Positions 59,225 through 64,000 of a stretch of DNA of 64,000 bases are shown here, in pieces. The translations under genes and the position numbers were made by a program. The notes under the pieces were generated by a model. The model worked only from the letters and a program-made list of their open reading frames with translations, searched no databases and was not told the DNA's origin. Source of the stretch: Pyrodictiaceae archaeon (GTDB lineage Archaea > Thermoproteota > Thermoprotei_A > Sulfolobales > Pyrodictiaceae); assembly GCA_027036135.1 (NCBI GenBank), contig JALVSY010000007.1, positions 548,880 to 612,879 of the forward strand, read 5' to 3'. Numbering within the stretch: the first letter of the stretch is position 1; every line of letters begins with the position of its first letter.

Positions 59225-60145
59225 CTACTGGGGCTTGTCGGGTACTACGGGGTTTATGAGGCAGCCTATGCCCTCGACGCAGACCTCCACTATGTCGCCG
59301 GGGCGTAGAAAGCGTGGCGGGTTACGGGCAAAGCCCACTCCAGGAGGCGTGCCCGTGGAGACTATGTCTCCGGGTTCTAGGAATGTGCCACGACTAGCAT
59401 AGGATACCAGGGCCTTCACGTCATGTATCATGTCGCTGGTGCTCCCCCTTTGCAACTCCTCACCGGAAATCCTCAGCGTCAATGTTAGGCCCTTCCAGGG
59501 GTTAAGCAGGGTCCTAGGAACAATGACGGGGCCTATGGGCGCGTAGGTGTCCCTGCTCTTCCCCCTCCACCACTGAGAAGCACCCGCCATGTGCTGCTCG
59601 TAGCGCGCCGAGACATCGTTGAAGCAAGTATAGCCCCAGATATTCTCCACGGCTTCCTCTAGGCTTAGGCTCCTACCAGGGAGCCCGATAACAGCGGCGA
59701 GCTCGGCCTCAGCGTCAACACGTAGCTCAGGGTCGTGGAGCACGATGGGGTCCCCGGGGCCGACAACAGCGTTAACGGTCTTGACAAAGAGATCCGGCAC
59801 CCGTGGCGGCTCCCTGCCCGTCTCGGCAGCGTGGGCGCGGTAGTTCAGCCCAACAGCAATGACCTTCGAGGGCTTCTCGACCGGTGCCAGGAACCTCACA
59901 CCACCCAATGGGAGCCCCTTGTCACTAGCACTAACCATCCTAGCAAGATGCTCCACATCCTCCGGGGGATACTCGAGCATAACCTCCCTTACATCACTAT
60001 AGCCCCAAGCCCCAAGTGGGTAAACCCTGCCACGATAAACAAGCGCAGGCTCAGCACCACCACCAGGAGCAGCTATACGGGCAAGTCCAACCAAGCCCCA
60101 AACCTCATAACCAAGCAACAACCTAAGATCCCTAAGCGATGCCAC
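59225..60145 (-). CDS. Fumarylacetoacetate hydrolase family protein
   Basis: AVGLNYRAH, EAELA, NDVSAR, GKS.D and TGTPPGVG motifs. Confidence 0.92.
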   Translation of the reverse strand: MASLRDLRLLLGYEVWGLVGLARIAAPGGGAEPALVYRGRVYPLGAWGYSDVREVMLEYPPEDVEHLARMVSASDKGLPLGGVRFLAPVEKPSKVIAVGLNYRAHAAETGREPPRVPDLFVKTVNAVVGPGDPIVLHDPELRVDAEAELAAVIGLPGRSLSLEEAVENIWGYTCFNDVSARYEQHMAGASQWWRGKSRDTYAPIGPVIVPRTLLNPWKGLTLTLRISGEELQRGSTSDMIHDVKALVSYASRGTFLEPGDIVSTGTPPGVGFARNPPRFLRPGDIVEVCVEGIGCLINPVVPDKPQ

Positions 60146-60834
60146 GCCCCATCACAGCCCTCTCACAAGCCCAAGAGCAAGAGGGGGGAATAGTAATACG
60201 TGGAAATAGCATTCGACAAAGACACAGCACCACTACCAGAGCCTTTCCGCACCCCGCCCGCTACAAGGAGAACTATAGAAGATATGTCTGGTCGACCATG
60301 CGCAGACTTTACTACAAGAATCAAGGCCCCATGGCCGGGACAAAAGCGAGACAAAAGAGACGATGACCTAGGGCAGCAAGGTACGCAGTTACTGGCTAGG
60401 CTCTTCTTCAGTGCAAGAGGCTAAAAAGGAAATACACGGTTATAGCGATGTTATATACCAAGAGGAATACGGAGAGATATCTCAGCTGCTGCCCAAGAAG
60501 CTCACGTAACGGCTTATACCTCTTGCCGAGCCTTTGGAGAAGCTGCCTCCTCATATCTAGCACTTTCTCCTTCATATCACCGCCGAGAATGCACTCAATC
60601 AATACGTTATCAATCCTCTCTCGTACTTCCATCCTCCTAACACGGAGATATAGAACTAACCAGTTATGAAATAATATAAACCGCTTACATATATCAATTA
60701 CCATTTATAGCGCCCAAGCACTATAAACTAGCTTTATTACAGAACTTTAGGAAAGCTGATTAATCAAGAGAATAACCCTGTATGCGAAGATTCCAAAAAT
60801 CTCGTTTCGCTTCACGTATCAATGCCCTAGTGTA

Positions 60835-60906
60835 TAGCCTATGTCAGGATAGGGCGCCGGCCTTCGGAGCCGGAGGTCCCGGGTTCAAATCCCGGCGGCT
60901 CCGCCA
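60835..60906 (+). tRNA. tRNA-Arg(TCG) lacking the 5' acceptor strand (pseudo-tRNA/att-like fragment)
   Basis: D arm, anticodon arm CCGGC-CTTCGGA-GCCGG, T arm CCGGGTTCAAATCCCGG and 3' CGGCTCC-G-CCA present; the 5' strand reads TAGTGTA instead of GGAGCCG. Confidence 0.75.
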
Positions 60907-61028
60907 CATATAAACCCCTATATAAGTCTTTCCCTTCTTCCAAGGCAAGGCTGTGGCTTCTAGTTCAGATAAGAACCAGGATGGTTCTAGCTTCATCAAT
61001 GATAATCTCAGCGGATAATCTTGACTGA

Positions 61029-61481
61029 CTAGGGCGCAACTTTTAGCCAGGGAACTCTCTTAAAGTCTTCATCGAAGGTTATGACGGTGTCTATGTTATT
61101 GCGTTTACATGTCAGGGCTATGATTGCATCGCTTGGCAGGAGTTTTATTTGCCTAGCGGTCTCTATCATGTCTTGGTATTCCACGTTTTCTACTAGGACT
61201 TCTACCTCAAGGTCTTCCAGTAACTTCCTTATACCATTGGCTATGAATTTTGGGTATCCCTTGTTCGCTATTAGTTTTCTTAGGCTGTATGGTCCTTTGA
61301 GTTCTTCCGTGGCCTGGTAATATTTCCTTGTGGATATGTAGAGTAGTTCGTTTACCACTGTTAGACTGGTGTAGAACTTGTTTTCCTCGTAATCCTCTAG
61401 CAGCTTCCGGGCTTTGCGTGTGAGGTTTGTCTCGAATAATATATTGTAGAATATATTAGTGTCTATAAAGACTTTGTTCAC
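61029..61481 (-). CDS. PIN-domain (VapC) toxin
   Basis: VFIDTNI, LLPSDAIIALTC and TFDEDF motifs. Confidence 0.92.
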   Translation of the reverse strand: MNKVFIDTNIFYNILFETNLTRKARKLLEDYEENKFYTSLTVVNELLYISTRKYYQATEELKGPYSLRKLIANKGYPKFIANGIRKLLEDLEVEVLVENVEYQDMIETARQIKLLPSDAIIALTCKRNNIDTVITFDEDFKRVPWLKVAP

Positions 61482-61678
61482 TGTGCTTGAGCCTCCTCTT
61501 CATATTCCCTGAGCTCCTCTACAGAGGCCTTACCGAATAATCCAACATATTTGTCGAGCACTTCGCTCACTCTGCGCTTGCGTATGAAGACTACTAGCTC
61601 CTCTCCCTCGTGAAGTTCCACTGGCTCCAAAGGCTTCAGCACGCCTCTTTCATATCTAACCCGTATAACCTTAGACAC
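61478..61678 (-). CDS. AF2212/DUF104-family antitoxin
   Basis: IRVRYERGVLKPLEPVELHEGEE. Confidence 0.88.
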   Translation of the reverse strand: MSKVIRVRYERGVLKPLEPVELHEGEELVVFIRKRRVSEVLDKYVGLFGKASVEELREYEEEAQAQ

Positions 61679-61878
61679 TTCCTAGCCCCAAGCATATGCT
61701 TAGGGCATCGAGGCAATTAGCCTTTCCTGTAAGCTGAGTGCTTCCAGATTATCATCATAGGTATCATGTATGATTATCATTATTGAAACATGTTTTCAGT
61801 TCATGGTTTCTATCGGAAACGTTGTTTTTATATTACTGGCTCCACTAAATACCTCAACAGAACAATGTCATACTAGTG

Positions 61879-62250
61879 TTAAGGATCTTTGACTAATGAT
61901 TTAAGTTCTTCGATAAAGGCGTCTACCGAGGGATCGGGGAGTGGTACTACTTTATCGCGCTCGTGCTTATGATGCGGAAAGGTCTCGATATAAGGGTGAT
62001 GGGGTGCATTGTCGTATCTAAGGACGAGTTTTTCGCCGTGCAGCAGCGTGTATGAGTATTTAGCAATAAAGCCTCTAAGAATGAGCTCAGATATAAATAC
62101 CTTAAAATCGTGTTTTACTGCCCACAACCTATAGTAGCCGTCCATGCTCGTGGAACCAGGCTTATATGCTGCGGGAGTGATACTCTGGAATCCCAGGGCC
62201 CGTAGCTTGCTAGTAACATAAGTCACTCCATCGGCGAGTTTAACTCGCAT
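61879..62250 (-). CDS. DUF6516/TumE-like toxin
   Basis: KYSY..RYDNAPHHP..TFPHHKH. Confidence 0.8.
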   Translation of the reverse strand: MRVKLADGVTYVTSKLRALGFQSITPAAYKPGSTSMDGYYRLWAVKHDFKVFISELILRGFIAKYSYTLLHGEKLVLRYDNAPHHPYIETFPHHKHERDKVVPLPDPSVDAFIEELKSLVKDP

Positions 62251-62262
62251 GTTTGCGCCCTT

Positions 62263-62511
62263 TTAGACGTGTTTAAGCTTCTTCTCGAGCTCCTTCTCAA
62301 CGTTGTTTAACTCCTCTACGAGTCCATACCATATCATAAAATCTCCATGGGTCTCCGGGTCCAGAGGTTCAGGGAGTAGCCCCTTGCTCCACTTTTCATA
62401 GAAGTCTTTACTGTTAATGCCATACTTTCTCTCAAATTTCTTAATCTCCTTTATGAGCCATCTTCTCCTTAAGACAAGCTTCTCAACAGCACTTATTGTA
62501 GTAGATTCCAC
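62263..62511 (-). CDS. TumA-like antitoxin
   Basis: FERKYGINSKDFYEKW..G..DFMIW; upstream of the DUF6516 gene. Confidence 0.7.
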   Translation of the reverse strand: MESTTISAVEKLVLRRRWLIKEIKKFERKYGINSKDFYEKWSKGLLPEPLDPETHGDFMIWYGLVEELNNVEKELEKKLKHV

Positions 62512-63021
62512 TGTTGATCCCCTTGTAGTAGATGTGGCCCGTAGAATCTTAAATACATCAATTTCGTTATATTGTCTAGGACAATCCGTGACAATCTATG
62601 CAAGCCTCTAGAAAATTCACGGCATCCTATCTGAGGTGCGGCTTGTCAGTCACGGCTAGCTCTCGTCTCGGAGTAGGGATGATGTAGGAGACCCAGTTAG
62701 TATGCAGCTATTTATATCATTCTATGAGGGTGGTTCTTAGACCCGGTTCTTGCCGCCATATTTCTTTTGTGAGATTCTTGTTCTTGTGGAGCTGGTAGGT
62801 AGCTCCTCCTTCTCTACTAGGCTCGTGGCTGGCTGTTTCTATGTCCCCAACCAGGCTCTACTATCCCGAGGAACTCATCCAAGCCCAGATAGACCCATAG
62901 CCCTAATCATGCCCAAAGTACCGCAGCCCTAATCCTTGCCGTAAGCCCTTAATGCCTCTTTAGGAGCAAGCCCAGAGGCTTAATAGTTATGTAGATACGT
63001 GTATACGTAGGTAGGTATGCC

Positions 63022-63315
63022 GTGAGGAAAAGGAGGGTGACTCTGAGCATTGAGGAGGTTCTCAGGGAGGCTAAGCTAGTGGCCGGTCTCGAGGGTAGAA
63101 GTCTCAGCAGCCTTGTTGAGGAGTATCTGGAGAGCCTAGTGGCGTCGCGGTGGCTAGAAAGGCTTGCTGCCAGTATAGGTGTAGAGAGGCTAGAGCCAAC
63201 CTCCGAGGATGAAATCCCGAGTCAGCGGCCAGGGGGTTTTGACGCTGCCCAAGCTGTTAGAGAGGTTAGGAGGTCCCGTGAGGAGAGGATAACCCATGGC
63301 CTCGGCGGGCAGTGA
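63022..63315 (+). CDS. RHH/CopG-like antitoxin
   Basis: VTLSIEE..SLSSLVEEYL; AVREVR. Confidence 0.75.
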   Translation: MRKRRVTLSIEEVLREAKLVAGLEGRSLSSLVEEYLESLVASRWLERLAASIGVERLEPTSEDEIPSQRPGGFDAAQAVREVRRSREERITHGLGGQ

Positions 63316-63560
63316 ATGCTACTACCTGGATACCAGCGCCCTTGTGAAACGCTACGTTAAGGAGCCGGGTAGTGAGGTAGTCGACAAGATTTATGCCAAA
63401 GCCTACAGGGGGATAGCAGTTATAGCTATCTCCTACTGGAACATAGCAGAGGCGGCTGTGGTCTTCCGACAAGTATGAGAAAAGGTTGAGACTTAGTGCG
63501 AGGCGCTTGTTGGAAGCCCTCCCACATGAGTCACGCACCCTTGTAGAACTACTGGGCTGA
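63296..63560 (+). pseudogene. PIN toxin, frameshifted and truncated
   Basis: YLDTSALVKRY; shift near 63466; the second frame DKYEKRL stops at 63560. Confidence 0.7.
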
Positions 63561-63693
63561 AGCCATAGTACAGAAGCATTCTTCAGCAGTGATGATCATT
63601 TAGGATGACATCTATGGAGATAATCTAGGGACATGTGTGGAAACGAAGAGCTAATTGCCCCAATGCACCTAATGTATAAAGCGGGAGCTAGGG

Positions 63694-63891
63694 TTGTCTA
63701 AGGTTATACGTGTGAGGTACGGGAAGGGCGTGCTGAAGCCGTTGAGTAGCGTAGACCTTGAGGAGGGCAAGGAGTACAGAGTCATAGTGGGAGAGGATAT
63801 AGATGAGCTAATTAAGAAGTACAGGGGAGTTCTCGGGAAATCCTCTGTCAAGGAGTTCCGGGAGCTTGAGGAGGAGGCCCAGACTCAATGA
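63694..63891 (+). CDS. AF2212/DUF104-family antitoxin
   Basis: IRVRYGKGVLKPL; paralog of 61478..61678. Confidence 0.85.
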   Translation: MSKVIRVRYGKGVLKPLSSVDLEEGKEYRVIVGEDIDELIKKYRGVLGKSSVKEFRELEEEAQTQ

Positions 63892-64000
63892 TATGCCTCG
63901 ACACAAACATAGTCTATCACTTCCTCTCCGAGACAGAGCTAACTAGCGTCTCAGAGAAGGTTATCAGGGAAGCAATCATAGAAGGCCTAGCTATCCCCAT
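63888..64000 (+). CDS. PIN toxin (partial, runs off window)
   Basis: ATG overlaps the antitoxin stop; MICLDTNIVYHFL. Confidence 0.75.
   Translation, partial: MICLDTNIVYHFLSETELTSVSEKVIREAIIEGLAIP

Noticed and set aside
60408-60704. 98-aa ORF resembling a transposase C-terminus (LLVYNI)
   Set aside because: No DDE motif or terminal repeats; too weak to call.
60700-61000. Intron-containing or permuted tRNA-Arg
   Set aside because: No 5' acceptor strand or BHB motif was found in the flanks.

Overview
Chromosomal window from a hyperthermophilic crenarchaeon (Desulfurococcales/Pyrodictiaceae-like; inferred from gene content, TAG-rich codon usage and CRISPR repeat type). Housekeeping genes include a synthase/aconitase/dehydrogenase operon whose synthase resembles Re-citrate synthase, nadA-nadC-nadX, pdxST, lysWXJK/lysYZ, ppsA, form III RuBisCO, HARP RNase P with an Rnl3 RNA ligase, xerA, herA/nurA paralogs and a subtilisin. 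There are also about a dozen toxin-antitoxin loci (several with broken toxins), a 6-repeat orphan CRISPR array, a 5'-truncated tRNA-Arg(TCG) and a likely C/D-box sRNA. The standout is an AT-rich island at about 8.5-11 kb that looks like an archaeal D-amino-acid RiPP system. It encodes a Tat-signal protein disconnected from its ATG by an (AT)7 tract, an 86-aa precursor with a hydrophobic core carrying a D/N-X5-N-X5-N-X5-H ladder, a YydG/EpeE-type radical SAM epimerase and a PH-domain membrane protein. All family calls come from motif recognition by eye, not from database searches.
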